Positions 25,835-37,998 of a stretch of 64,000 nt of DNA are shown in pieces. The notes beneath the pieces were generated by a model that was not told where the DNA came from, ran no database searches, and saw only the letters and a program-made list of their open reading frames with translations. Source of the stretch: Camelus ferus (lineage: Eukaryota); contig NC_045696.1 in NCBI RefSeq assembly GCF_009834535.1, positions 117,368,001 to 117,432,000 on the forward strand. The letters are read 5' to 3'. Both the position numbers and the translations under genes were made by a program. Within the stretch, counting starts at the first letter, position 1; every line of letters starts with the position of its first letter.

Positions 25835-26215
25835 GCCGTGAAACTCTCTTCCCTAGACTCCTTTGCAACTAGGGGCAGCCATGTGACACAATTCTGGCCA
25901 ATAAGAGAGGACCTGAGGGACAATTTTATTTTTTTCCTTTTCTATATAGAATCCAATTTTCCTATTTGCCCCCTTAGCTTTTCTTCTGCCTGGGGTATGC
26001 CCATGTAGCAACCATCTTAAGGGCAAATTGTCTACATCAAGGTTGGCAAGGCAGGAAGTTGGAAAGGGGCTAAGGCTTGGGAAACTTCCTGGAGCCATCA
26101 CGCTAGTCCATGCACCAACCTATGGATTTCTGTGGTGGCATGGGACAAAGAGAGCCCTTACTCATTTAAACTACTCTTTGTTTTTTTAATGCTTGGAGCC
26201 AAACTCATATAACTA
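25835..26215 (+). mobile_element. MLT1J/K-like MaLR LTR remnant
   Basis: CTTCCCTAGACTCCTTTGCAACTAGGGGCAGCCATGTGACACAATTCTGGCCAATAAGA. Confidence 0.65.
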
Positions 26216-27850
26216 GAGCCCATTACAAAGGTGTGCCACATAATGAAGATCTTGGTGTCTACACAACTGGTGTACGGTCCAGCCGTGGTACCCTGCTCAT
26301 CCACTGCACCTGTCCATCCTCACGCTCCTCTGTGGGGCTGGCCCAGGGCAGAACTGTGAGAAGTGAATAGATTTCATCAAGTTGCCCACCCCCTCCCTCC
26401 ACTTCTCTTCTCTGTGTTCCTGTCCTTGTCCAATTCTTTGTAGCTTTCCTCTCTCCCTTCAGCGTTGTTTCCACTATTGCTCATTACTCTTGGATACTTC
26501 CTTAAAATTGGGGGATGCAGGGAGGCTAAGCTTTGTTGTAGGCTCAAAGGTTTTAAGTCACAGGGAAGAAAAGGAGAAGAATCTGGACACTAAGGGTGTT
26601 CCCTTCCATTAAAAATATTTTTGGTAAGTGATTTTTTCTCTATGTGTCTAGATAAAGGTTTCCCTGGTCTCACTTCTGAGATCTTGTTCACGCTTCTTTT
26701 TTCTTTTCAATGACTCTTAAGTGGGCATCTAGTGTGACTTCAGCTCCTGCCTGGCCCTCGCAGTTATATTATTTCTTTTAATCCTCAGAACAACCCAAGG
26801 AAGTAAGCCTTGGGAAGACACTTGGGGACAAGGGTGGCCATCTGACAGTGTTTCAAATCCACACACTGTATCTCTAGATAGCCGTCCACTAAACTCGTGT
26901 CTATGATGTCCACTTTACAGATGAGCAAAAGGAGGGCAGAGGGCAGAAGTACTTGGTCATAATGAGTGACAGGATCTCTGGCTGCAAGTTGGGTCTTTTT
27001 CCAGGAGAAAGGATGGAAGGGTTGGGGTTTCTCCTCCCATGTGACCCTCTCTTGTGCCAGTGGCTGAACACAAGGGATCAGTTCCCCTCCTCAAAAGAGC
27101 TCCATTGGAGAACAAGGGAGAAAGGGCAAACTAGGGAGAGGTCCCCCAAGCTGACAGAAGCAGGAAGGCTTGTGCCCTGCCCTGGCTAGCGTGCCCAGCA
27201 GAAAGGCACTTTCCTCTGCAGACATCCCCCAGGAGGTCAAAGGTGGTAGGAAGCTTTCTCACCTCACAGGGAAAGTTGTGAGGCTTGATTCCAGTTTACA
27301 AGTAGTATCTGATCCAGCTATTAAAGATTCTCTTGTATTCTTTGTTCCCTCTGGTTTCTCTTTCCAGAGATGACTCATGAAAAGAAGATTGGGTGAGAAG
27401 TAGGGTGGAGGGAAAAGTGGAGACAGGCGTCTGAGAGCGAGTGGGAACAGAATAGGGGAGGACCAGAGAGGCAGGATCAGTGGTTCTAGAATTCATAGTC
27501 CAGGACCAGGAACAACTGGAAGATGTTCTATGCACCTCCCGTTTCCCCAGATGCTCAGTAATACAACAGGGCTCTCCCTCACCCCACACCATCCCAACCC
27601 AAAGGGGAAAATCAAGTGTTAATGGTCGGGAAGTGCTCCACAGGTGAAGCCCTGCCTCCTGCTTTGTCTAGTCCCCCATCCCTTGGTCCGTCTCCCTCCA
27701 GGAAGATAAGGAGAGCAGGTCATTCAGTCTTTGGACACTTGGGCCTAGATGAGTCCCCAAAGCTGAAATATTTTTTACAAAATCTTCAGAAAGCTGCAGG
27801 CTTCTCTACATTTTTTTTTTTTTTTGCCACAATCATTCTCTTTCTTGCTC

Positions 27851-28028
27851 TTTTTTTTTTTGTATATGTATTTTTTATTGAAATATAGTCAGTTTACAAT
27901 GTTGTGTCAATTTCCGATGAATAGCATAATGTTTCAGTCTGACATGAACACACATATATTCATTTTCATATTCTTTTTCACCATGAGCTACTACAAGACA
28001 TTGAATGTAGTTCCCTGTGCTGTACAGT
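27851..28028 (-). mobile_element. Short L1 3' tail (first of a tandem pair)
   Basis: TTTATTGAAATATAGTCAGTTTACAATGTTGTG...TTCCCTGTGCTGTACAGT. Confidence 0.85.
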
Positions 28029-28038
28029 CTACTCTGTC

Positions 28039-28145
28039 TTTTTTTAAATTGAAGTATAGTCAATTTACAATGTTCTGTTAGTTTCTGGTGTACAGCATAG
28101 TGATTCAGTTATACATATATTTATATTCGTTTCCATATTCTTTTT
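28039..28145 (-). mobile_element. Short L1 3' tail (second of the tandem pair)
   Basis: TTGAAGTATAGTCAATTTACAATGTT...CATATTCTTTTTC. Confidence 0.85.
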
Positions 28146-29569
28146 CCCTCCTTTTCTTTGTCCAAAATTTTCCCTTTCCCTCTTTTTTCTAGTTCAAAAA
28201 AATGAGTGTGAAAACAGAAGGGCAAATCATTTTTGGGGTCAACACAGCATTAGAGCAGCCCAGAGTCACTTCTAATGAAGGAATTTAAGGAAATGAGAAC
28301 CTAGAGGGACAAAAGTGGTCTTTGAGGGCTTTCCAAATCCATTGATAGCCACTCACTAAATTTGTAGAAAATTGCTCCTCGTGTGTGTATACCAACTGCA
28401 CCTGTAGCTCCAGCAGTCTTAGAGATGAAACAAACAAAATGAAACAAAATCTCTCCTCCCAGATACTGGGGAAATGGAAAACGGGTAGGGGAAAGGAAAC
28501 ACAATGAATTCAGAGGCTGAAGTTTTAAGAAAGCAAGAACAGGAAGCTCAAACCTTTCTCGTTCGGGCAAAAAATGTGTGTCTGAAGATTTCCTCGGGAA
28601 CTCTGTACAGTTGCTCATTCTGTGCACTGCACAAAAGGACTGGTCAAGCACGTGTGAGGACCAGAATGTGGCTCTCTCTGCTTGCCACAGTGAGAGCCAG
28701 GGGGCCATGTCTGCCCAGATGTGATGCCTGTTACTAATTCATACCAAGACAGTGTATTGATGTGGTCTTGTTTTCGTAGCTGAGAAGAAAATGTCCCTGC
28801 TAAGAGTCACTGCTCATATACAGTCACAATGATCAGGTGTGGCCTGAAAGGAAAAAGCATCACTTCAACACAGCCTTTTCTTTAATGGGTAAATTAAATA
28901 AAATGTTGTATCATTGATTTCTGAGTACTAAACTATCCAGAGATGTTCCCTGTGTCTACTTAATAGAACTGCCAAAAAAATTTTAATTTTTTCATATAAA
29001 ACACACCCAGAAAATTGAACAAATTTCATCAAAATGTTTAAGTCCCAGAAACGATTCCAATCTAATAAAACATTAAGGCCTTGCATCGTCCGGATTGCAC
29101 ATGTGGCAGGCCTCCATTCACAACACCGTGGGAACCTGGTTTTTAATTCTTTTGCGCAAAATCACACATTTAGGTTCTGCTGGGAAACCTTCAGGAAGGG
29201 TCTCTTTGTAAATAAAGCAACCAATTTCTTAAAGTTGGCCGGGAGTATGGCTCCTTTGGGGTCTGAGAGGCATCTTCGCTGAGCAAACGCGGAGGCAGGC
29301 CTGCACAATCAGCTGTTGTAACAGAATCTGTTGGTGTCTGCTGGCGCACTGAGTGACAGCAGTGTGTAATCAGAGAGACGCACAGTGACACATCAGACGG
29401 CAAGAACCCAGAAGGAGACAGCTGAATGGGAATATTTTGGAACCTCAATGGACCTTGGAACCTCAAACCCTTTGAATCTGCCATTTTGCACAACCTGATC
29501 ATTTTTGCTTGTGGCACTTGGAATCTACCAAGGGCAGAGTGATGGGGATCAGAGGAGAAGTGTTAGTTT

Positions 29570-29750
29570 GTACACGGCGCATCCTATGCTCCAGGTAAAA
29601 AGGGCTTTTCAGGTATCGTGGGATCCGATCCTCATACTCACAGTAGGGTGTATTATCCCCATCACAGAGGGGAACATCACATCTTCAGAGGTAAAATAAC
29701 CCACCCAAGGCCACACAGCTAGAACGGAAATCCGGGTCTTCAAATCCCAT
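29570..29750 (-). mobile_element. MIR SINE remnant
   Basis: TATTATCCCCATCACAGAGGGGAAC...AGAGGTAAAATAACCCACCCAAGGCCACACAGCTAG. Confidence 0.6.
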
Positions 29751-29924
29751 ATTTGAAGGCTGTGGTAGAAAATCAGGGGCCAATACCTTGTTCCATTCTA
29801 GCCTGAGCTGCTCTCCTCATTTGGTGATTTCTGAGTAACAGGAGGAGTTGTCCTCAGTGAGGGCCTTTCACCTGTCTGCCTTGTCTTTTAAGAAGGAGAA
29901 TCCATCTTATTCAAAAAGTAAACT

Positions 29925-30524
29925 CCCAGGAGTGGGATGGCTGGATCATAGGGTTTATCTAGAGTAAACTCTAATTCAAAAAAGTACATGCACCCCAATG
30001 TTCATGGCAGCACTATTTACAATAGCCAAGACATGGAAGCAGCCTAAATGTCCATCGATAGATGACCGGATAAAGAAGTTGTGGTATATTTATACAATGG
30101 AATACTACTCAGCCATAAAAAAGAATGAAATAATGCCATTTGCAGCAACATGGATGGACCTGGAGATCATCATTCTAAGTGAAGTAAGCCAGAAAGAGAA
30201 GGAAAAATATGATATGATATCACTCATATGTGGAATCTTAAAAAAAAAGGACACAAATGAACTTATTTACAAAACAGAGACAGACTCACAGAGATAGAAA
30301 ACAAACATGGTTACCTGAGGTGAAAGGGGAGGAGATGGAGGGATAAATTAGAACTTTGAGATTAGCAAATACACACTACTATATATAAAGTAGATAAACA
30401 ACAAGGTCCTACTGTATAGCACAGGAAACTATATTCAATACTGTGTAATAGCCTATAATGAAAAAGAATATAAAAAGGAATACATATGCAAAAAAATTAA
30501 CCACAAAAAAAAAATAGAAAAAAA
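29925..30524 (+). mobile_element. Young L1 3' fragment (ORF2 C-terminus and part of 3'UTR) with a 30-bp 5' inversion
   Basis: ORF 29998-30297 reads MFMAALFTIAKTWKQPKCPS...IMPFAATWMDLEIIILSEVSQ, the L1 ORF2p C-terminus. 29925-29954 is the reverse complement of the L1 sequence normally found just upstream of 29955. Confidence 0.9.
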
Positions 30525-31369
30525 GGGAGATTAACTCAAGGAAAGAGAAAATTGAACTCCTGAGAAAAGCTAGGCTGGATTCAATTGGATGACAATCCAA
30601 GAGCTCATTTTTCTAATCAGGTTTTGTGGATGGAGGGGCCAGAATGCTGGGATATGTAGCTCAAGAGCCTTGCTGGCCACCCAAGCATGGGTCCTGGCCG
30701 TGGTTTCAGCATAGACACTAGACGACATAGGAGCTCATGCAACCCCTGCCATCAGCAAATGTATCAATCAGCAGTGAGAGCCAGGCTCCCCCTCTGAGCA
30801 AGGGAGAAGATTTACAAGAAAGCAAGTGATGTTCTCTGAGGGGAGTAAACCCACTTTATGTAAACCTGAAAGATCAGTTAGAGTTCCCAGAATTCACCCC
30901 TGAAGTCACCGAGTGAGGGACTGTGAGAAACAGTGTGAATGGACTCAAAACAAAACAAGGCTCACCTGATTACAAGTTTCATTATGAACCTTGGGTTTTT
31001 TAGAGCTGGTGACATCGCGTTGCTTCAAGATCTTGGGCAGGGGACAGGGGCTGGCTCCAGGCTGGATGCACACGTGAACTTGGTGTGTTGGCAGGCCTTC
31101 CCCATTGACATCACACAAAACCTCATCCCCACTTGGGCTTCATTCACTGAATGGGCTACCCTGTCCCTCTCCCTGTCCTGAGGTGGTTAACCACCAATGT
31201 GGATTTTTTGTAATTTTCAAAGGCAGCTTCAGATACAAACTTACAGCACAATCATCGTCCAAGATTGTCAGCCGTCAGGAGCTGTCAGGAGTTGGAGGAA
31301 GGCTCTGAGGCCCATCTCAGCTTCCGTCTACAATATGCCTGCCATTTGAGTTTGGAATGCATCCAAGCT

Positions 31370-31660
31370 TGGCTACTCAAAGTATGCTCCATGGATGGAT
31401 GAGCAGAACAGGTCTCAACTGGGTGCTAGCAAAAAACTACAGAATCCCCAGACCCATCCCAGCCCTAGAGGAGCAGAATCTGCATTTATTAACAAGATCC
31501 CCAAAGGACTCGTATGCATGTCAAAGTCTGCAAAGTGCCAAAATAGAACAGTGGTTCTCCCAGTGCATCTCCAGAACCAGTAGCATCAGAATCCTCAGAA
31601 ACCTGTCATCTGCAGACTCTCAGGTCTACTGACTCTGAATTTCCATCCGAGTGAGACCAC
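31370..31660. mobile_element. Adjacent MER5-type hAT-Charlie MITE remnants
   Basis: GCTACTCAAAGTATGCTCCATGGA...AGAATCTGCATTTATTAACAAGATCCCC and CAGTGGTTCTC...ACCAGTAGCATCAG...CTACTGACTCTGAA. Confidence 0.6.
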
Positions 31661-31679
31661 AGGTGATCTGTCCCCACAG

Positions 31680-31915
31680 TAAAACTGGGAGAGCACAGTT
31701 TCAGGGTCACGCAGACCTGGGTTTCAGTCTTGGCGTCACCAGTTACCAGGTGTTTGATTTTAGGCAAAGTACACAACTCTTGGAGTTTCCATTTCTTCCA
31801 ACATAAAATAAGGCTCATAGAATCTTCTCTTGGGAAATTCAAAGGGATGAAAAGACATCATTGTAGGGAAAGCTCTTAGCACAAGGCTAATGCATATTAA
31901 AACTAAGTAAACAGT
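31680..31915 (+). mobile_element. MIR SINE remnant
   Basis: CAGACCTGGGTTTCAGTCTTGGCGTCACCAGTTACCAGGTGTTTGATTTTAGGCAAAGTAC. Confidence 0.6.
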
Positions 31916-32119
31916 CATATTTTTAGCTGTTGCTATTCGTTCCTCTTCCTCTTGTCTGTCATTCTCCATCCTAGAGATATTTCCATGAGGACTTCCTGGG
32001 CCTCACCTAGCTTTAACATGCTCTGATTTGACAATTAGTTCATTTTTCTTAAAACTTCTGCATAGCCACTAAACCAAGCCCTATAACTGTAACAGAAACA
32101 AAAGTGGATTAAGAATTAA

Positions 32120-32777
32120 TACCATATGATCCAGCAATCCCACTCCTGGGCATATATCCAGAGGGAATCCTAATTCAAAAAGACACCTGCACCCCAGTGT
32201 TCACAGCAAATCATGAAAACAATAGCAAATCATGGAAACAACCTAAATGTCCATTGATAGATGACTGGATAAAGAAGTTGTGGTATATTTATACAATGGA
32301 ATACTACTCAGCCATAAAAAAAGAATGAAATAATGCCATTTGCAGCAACATGGATGGACCTGGAGAATTCTAAGTGGAGTGAGCCAGAAACAGAAAGAAA
32401 GATACCATATAATATCACTCATATGTAGAATCTAAAAAAAAAAAAAAAAAAAGACAAATGAACTTATTTTAAAAACAAAAACGGACTCACAGACATGGAA
32501 AGCAAACTTATGGTTACGGAGGTAAAGGGGGGGAAGGGATAAATTGGGACTTCGAGATTTACAGACACTGACTGGTATATATAAAATAGATAAACAAATT
32601 TATACTGTATAGCACAGGGAACTATATTTGATATCTTGTAGCAGCTTATGGTAAAAAGAATATGAAAATGAATATATGTATATTCATATATGATTGAAGC
32701 ATTGTGCTGTACACGAGAAACTGAAACAACATTGTAAACTGACTATACTTTAATGAAAATTAAAAAAAAAAAAAAAA
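32120..32777 (+). mobile_element. Young 5'-truncated L1 with complete 3'UTR and poly(A)
   Basis: ACCATATGATCCAGCAATCCCACTCCTGGG...ACATTGTAAACTGACTATACTTTAAT-A-tail. TSD AAGAATTAAT (32111-32120) / AAGAATTAGT (32778-32787). Confidence 0.92.
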
Positions 32778-33303
32778 AAGAATTAGTTCCTCATTGGTGT
32801 CCAACGTCATTTTCTTGCTGAGCTGGGTATTGTCCCCAGTGCAGAATGGAAGCAGGAAGAAGGGGACCGCAGTGTGTCTGCTAAATGCTTTCCACAGAAA
32901 AAGTTCAGATACGAACACAGGGGGAACAAAGCCGTCATGGCTCCTATCCTCGGGGAGTCTGCTGATTGAACCGGGGCAATTGATGCATAAATGTATCATT
33001 GCGGTGGAAGTTGTAATAAGCACTGGGAGGCATCGTGTATAGGGCCATATGAGCAAGAATAGAAGGATAATCACACCCTGGAGATGGCGAAGGTGCAGTT
33101 AGCGAGGCGAAGCTGGAGAGACTGCCTCTTGGCGAGAAAGACAGGCAAGCAGAGGCTTGACAAGGAAGAACATAGTTGATCAGGGGTTAGAGAAACCCAG
33201 GCACCCGTGTCTGCAAGTGCAATGGGCCTGAGGCAGAAAGGGCTTTGAGAAGTCAAAGAATCACTGTGAAGGTAGCCATGGCTGGACCCCTGCCCATCCT
33301 GCA

Positions 33304-33340
33304 GCTGGTTCCTGCGGAGGCTGGTTCCTGCGGAGGCTGG
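33304..33340. repeat. Perfect 16-bp tandem duplication
   Basis: GCTGGTTCCTGCGGAG twice, plus GCTGG. Confidence 0.9.
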
Positions 33341-33729
33341 GAAGGTGGGTGGAGCTAATCGGGGCTCCCAGCAATTGGCTGTTCTCTAATTTAGGGGGGA
33401 GGAGGCAGACATCACTGCAGTAAGCTCGTGGACATAGGTGGCCAGAGCAAGTCTCATTACTAACTGTATTCATGCATGAACTCCGGGCACCAAGGAAGAG
33501 CTCTATAATACTTGTGATTAAGCACAAATAAATAAAAGGATGAGACATGCAAATGGAGGAACTGGTAAAATGACAGAGGAAAAGAACCTTGTGAAAGAAT
33601 GCAGGGCGTCGCTCCTCCAAATGCCCCTTCTCTCTCCTGCATTTAAAATTTTTCTTGAACTGCTGAATTTTCTTATTGATATACAAATTTGCTGGAATAT
33701 CCTATGTCTTTAAAAACAACCTTGTGTGA

Positions 33730-33908
33730 ACTGAATCACTTTGCTGTACACCTAAAACTAACACAACATTGTAAATCAACTATACTTTATGTAGGAGAGC
33801 ATATATAAAGTATGCATACCTTATATATATTGAATATAAGGATTTATAGTCAATATCTTGTAATAAACTATAATAACCTTATAAGTGAAAAGAATCTGCA
33901 AAAGAATA

Positions 33909-33953
<45 letters not shown>

Positions 33954-34028
33954 ACTGAAACACTTTGCTGTACACTTGGAACATTGTAAATCAGCTATGC
34001 TTCAATAAAAAATAAAAATGTTTAAAAA
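33730..34028 (+). mobile_element. Two L1 3' termini in tandem, the second containing a (TA)n microsatellite
   Basis: The ACTGAAWCACTTTGCTGTACAC...ACATTGTAAATCARCTAT terminus occurs at about 33730-33790 and again at about 33954-34005. TA run at 33906-33950. Confidence 0.8.
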
Positions 34029-34189
34029 GCAATGCACAAAAAAGGAAGCATCATTCAGGAAAAAAAATATTAAATTATATTATTCACGCAAATCCATATT
34101 AGTCAGGTAAAAGCCTAATAAATGATGGTTCTTGCTATAAATAAAGCTTTAAGAGAAAGATGAAAAAGAAAAACCTTCTGTGATCTCCA

Positions 34190-34760
34190 CATTCCATGCC
34201 AGTTACTGGCCATGTTTCTAAGCACCTTTTACAGCAAAATGTTGAGTTGTTCTTCTGTATTCACTTCCTTTCTTCTCATTTTCCTCTCTTTAAAAATCAT
34301 AAATACCATTGATACACTAATGAATATATGTAATGTATACATAGCTCATAAAGTTTAATGGATAAAAGTGGATATCCCATGAGTGTTCCACCAACTATTA
34401 TTCCAACTGTTAGAACCTCACCAATTTCATTGAAGTGATTTGTATTAATATTTTTCACTCTACCCACCGCCTCCACTAATCCAGGCAATTTTTTATTTAT
34501 CATTTCCTTTTTTTGTACATGATTTCATCACAAATGCTTATATCCCTAAACAGCATATATTTAATTTTATCTGACTTTTTGTCCTTTATGGAAATGGAAC
34601 ATGGATCATGCAAAATCAATTCCAAATGGAATTACCAGTGGCAAGACATCAAGAATTTTAGAAGAAAACACTGAGCAATACCTCTATGATTTCCAGTTAG
34701 GGAAAGATGTTTTGAACAAGACATAAAAAGCACTAATGATTAAAAAAAGAAAAAGACTCC
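34190..34760. mobile_element. Ancient L1M fragments (antisense 3' piece, then a sense ORF2 piece)
   Basis: Sense piece AAAATCAATTCCAAATGGA...TTTTAGAAGAAAACACTGAG...TAGGGAAAGATGTTTTGAACAAGACA. Confidence 0.5.
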
Positions 34761-34934
34761 TTCCTTCCAGTATGTATAAACCATCCCTCTTCCACTCCCT
34801 TCCAGATGTCACACTGCCAAGCAATTGAAGCATCAGCAATTCTTCCTTTTGAGTTGAACATGACCCTAACTCTGTGGAATTCCTTTAAAACACAAGTGTC
34901 TTTCAGGGATTGGTAATATATGGAGCCTCTGCTA

Positions 34935-35330
34935 TGTGCTGGGTTTCCTGGGATGCAGATTCTAAGACAAAAATTGATGTGCAGAAATTTGACTGAGGAG
35001 GGCTCTTAATAACTGTTGGGGAAAGGAAGGAAGCAGGATCAGGGCAGGGAGAAGCTGGGCTGTGATGCCGTGCTGTCTCAGTGGAGAGTCAGCCAAGGCC
35101 ACAGGGCTCTGAAGCTGGGATGGCCCTTCAGAGTTATTCTAAGTAACAGCATGGATGCCTTTATCCCCTCATCCACCAGTAATGAATGCAGTTGACGTTG
35201 GGCAAGACAGCTGTCTTCAGTCAAGGCAATTCCTTTAGGAAGATCTCTGCTGGCAGTCCTTCCAGCGACTGGGGGTGTACCTTCTCACTCCTGAAGGGGA
35301 ATCGGGGGGAGACACACCACAGCACCCATC
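34935..35330 (-). mobile_element. Old ERVL LTR (LTR16/LTR40-like)
   Basis: CTGGGTTTCCTGGGATGCAGATTCTAAGAC...GTGCAGAAATTTGACTGAGGAGGGCTC resembles the antisense terminus of this LTR group. Confidence 0.55.
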
Positions 35331-35373
35331 AAAGTCCCTCATACCTTAGACTGAGGTTATTCAACATCTTCTT

Positions 35374-35481
35374 TAGTTTTTCTTTCTTTATTATTATTTT
35401 TTAATGGAGGTACTGGGGATTGAACCTGGGACCTCCTGCACACAAGGCATGCGCTCTACCACTGAGCTATATCCAACCCCC
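35374..35481 (-). mobile_element. Vic-1-like SINE, short form
   Basis: TGGAGGTACTGGGGATTGAACC...CTCTACCACTGAGCTATA. TSD TCAACATCTTCTT (35361-35373) / TCAATGTCTTCTT (35482-35494). Confidence 0.92.
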
Positions 35482-37998
35482 TCAATGTCTTCTTGAGCCT
35501 GACAAGACCTAGTGGCACTAGAACACCAGGTCTAGGTGTGCTGATAAAGGGATGAGAGAAGGAACTCAGCCCTGAAAGCAACTTGGTAGAGAGTTGGGAA
35601 GAGAACCGTTGCCAGGTCATGGATAGTAAGTTAAGACTATGCACTGTACCAGATTCCTCCACAGGCATCAAAATATTTTCCAGAATCCACCTCGACCCTT
35701 GCTTCTAATTAGGACCAAATTACCTAACTAGTGGACCAAGTACATTCTTAGAGAACCAGCTCCACAGGAGAAACCATCCACCCACCCACACACAGAAAAG
35801 TTCACTTTGGTAAACTTACCCAGAATTTTACAATCAGAAAATCTAGAAAGAAACTATTTTCCTTTCAACCTGAAAAAAAAAAAAAAGCATTGAATCATTT
35901 CGAAAAATAAAATTTTATACTTTGAAATTACCAGGTGGGAGAGTGGCACTGAGCCAGGGGGGAGTAACTTGACCTTTCTAGGTCTTTGGCTCCTTAATCC
36001 CTTAGTTAGAGCCATGCCTCAAATGGAAACCCCGAGCTTCAGGTACCAGGTAGCAACAGCAGCTCAGTAACGTAGAAACAGGCTTCCGGGGCCCACGATG
36101 GAACCCAGAGCCAGCTGAACAAGTAGTACCGCAATTACCAATATTCCCAGAGCTCTGCTTTGCAATTTTTCTGAAGACAAGAAGATTTCCAGTAATTAAA
36201 AAAAAAAAATGACCAAAGAGAGAGAGATAACGCCATTAAGAAACAGCCAGTGATGCCTTTATGCCAACGTTGTACAGCTTCACTTGGGCTGAGCAAGTAG
36301 AAACAATTGCAATGGAAGGTGAACGTGAAAAGAATGAGATGACTCATCTTAGTTATTCTCAAGAATGACAGTGTTCAATAAGCATCATTTCTGCAAGATA
36401 TTTATAGGTTTCTGACATAAAACGGGGTTGGGGGGAGCCCTTTCAAGTGTGTCTGGGAAACACTGCACATTATATTTCTCTCCCACATAGTCACAGTTGC
36501 TTATGGAGAGACCTGAGAAGTTCTGCAGCAAAGAAACCTTCTCAATCTTGTTGAAGTTTGCAGTCGTCAAGAGTGAACCCCAGAACGCGTTTTCCCTGAA
36601 ACACCCATTAACACCTTGCCGAACTAGTATACGAAGAACACAGTTTGGAAAATGCTGGTCTAACCCAAAGGATTCCAATTTCAGATAAGCAGCCTGAAGA
36701 TCAGAGAAGAAAGAGGGCCTTTCTAAGTTCCCAGTATAAGTAGAGTCAAGGCAAGAGCCCTAGTTCCACAGACTTCAAATCAGTCTTTTCCTTTCAATCC
36801 ACTGACTCATGGAAGAAAATCAAAATTGCTGTTTTATGACTGTTCTATTGATTGAGGGTTAATCTAAGAGATGGCTGTAGGATCCATCTTAAACAGAAAA
36901 AATTTCCTGTTTTTGTTTTTTTTTTTTTCTTGTTCATAGGGTACTTCCAACCCTGCTCTGGAACAGGGAAATGGAGACAAAGAGGGGTTAAATATATTTG
37001 GCTTAATAAGGCGAAAGAGTATCTACCAAGGCCATTGAAGTCTGTGTGTATCTTTTAAGGAATTCTGAGACTTCCCCTGGGGAGCTAAATGACTGGCTTG
37101 GAGGTGGGACCTAGGAAAGAAGAAGGAGACATTGAGAGAAGAAAGTAGGACCCTAGCAGTGTGGCTATTGATCAGGCTCCTGGGCGAGAAACCACCTGAG
37201 AGGACTCTGCGATGAACTCTTGGAAAGGGAAGTGTGCTTCCTGATTTGAAACGGCCTCCCGTGTTGTGCTGCAGTGACCCTCTGGGGTACCCTCCCATCT
37301 CTCCACCGCTCCCTCCCTCCTAGAGGAGTCTCATGAAGGACAGAGAGAAGTGCCAGCCTTGGAGCATCACACCTTGGTGAATGAAGTGGAGGCCAGGTCT
37401 TCATTTGGGGCGCAGAGCACAGCAAAGAAGGCTGGCGCTTCTTAAGGAAGTGATCCTGGGAAGCCAGAGGACCCAAAAGGGAGCCTGGAGTCAGAGTTGG
37501 GAGTAAGGGGTGGCAGAAACCAAATTCCTTTGTAAACAACTGCCCCCACCCAAGAGTCCTCCGATATAGTGGAGACTTCTCTATCCAAAGCAGGATAGAG
37601 CCTCAATTTAATTTATTTGGACATTTAGGTGAGTAGTGAACCAGAAGGCCAAATGGGACATTTAAGGTACACAGTGAGATTGCACAAGGAATATCATGTG
37701 AGACAATCACTCAGCATGGCTCCTAATTTCTTCCAATTGAATTGATCACCACTGGCTTCCCATCACCACCCAGTACTCCAGCTAGAGCCTTCTTTGTCGT
37801 GCTTTGTGGGGTCAGTGTGGACCGAGCCCTCCTTCACCCACTGAAACAGCCTTCTGCAAGGCCAGTACACACTACGCACTGGGTCTGTCCTCCCTGCTCC
37901 CTGATGAAATGCCCTTCGGACTGAATACCAAGACCAGTGGGGGACAGGCCCAGAGAAGACAAAGAAAATGAGCATTCCATTTCAAGATTAAAATGCTA

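Noticed and set aside
29998..30297. 99-aa ORF as a host gene
   Set aside because: It is the L1 ORF2p C-terminus in a 5'-truncated copy.
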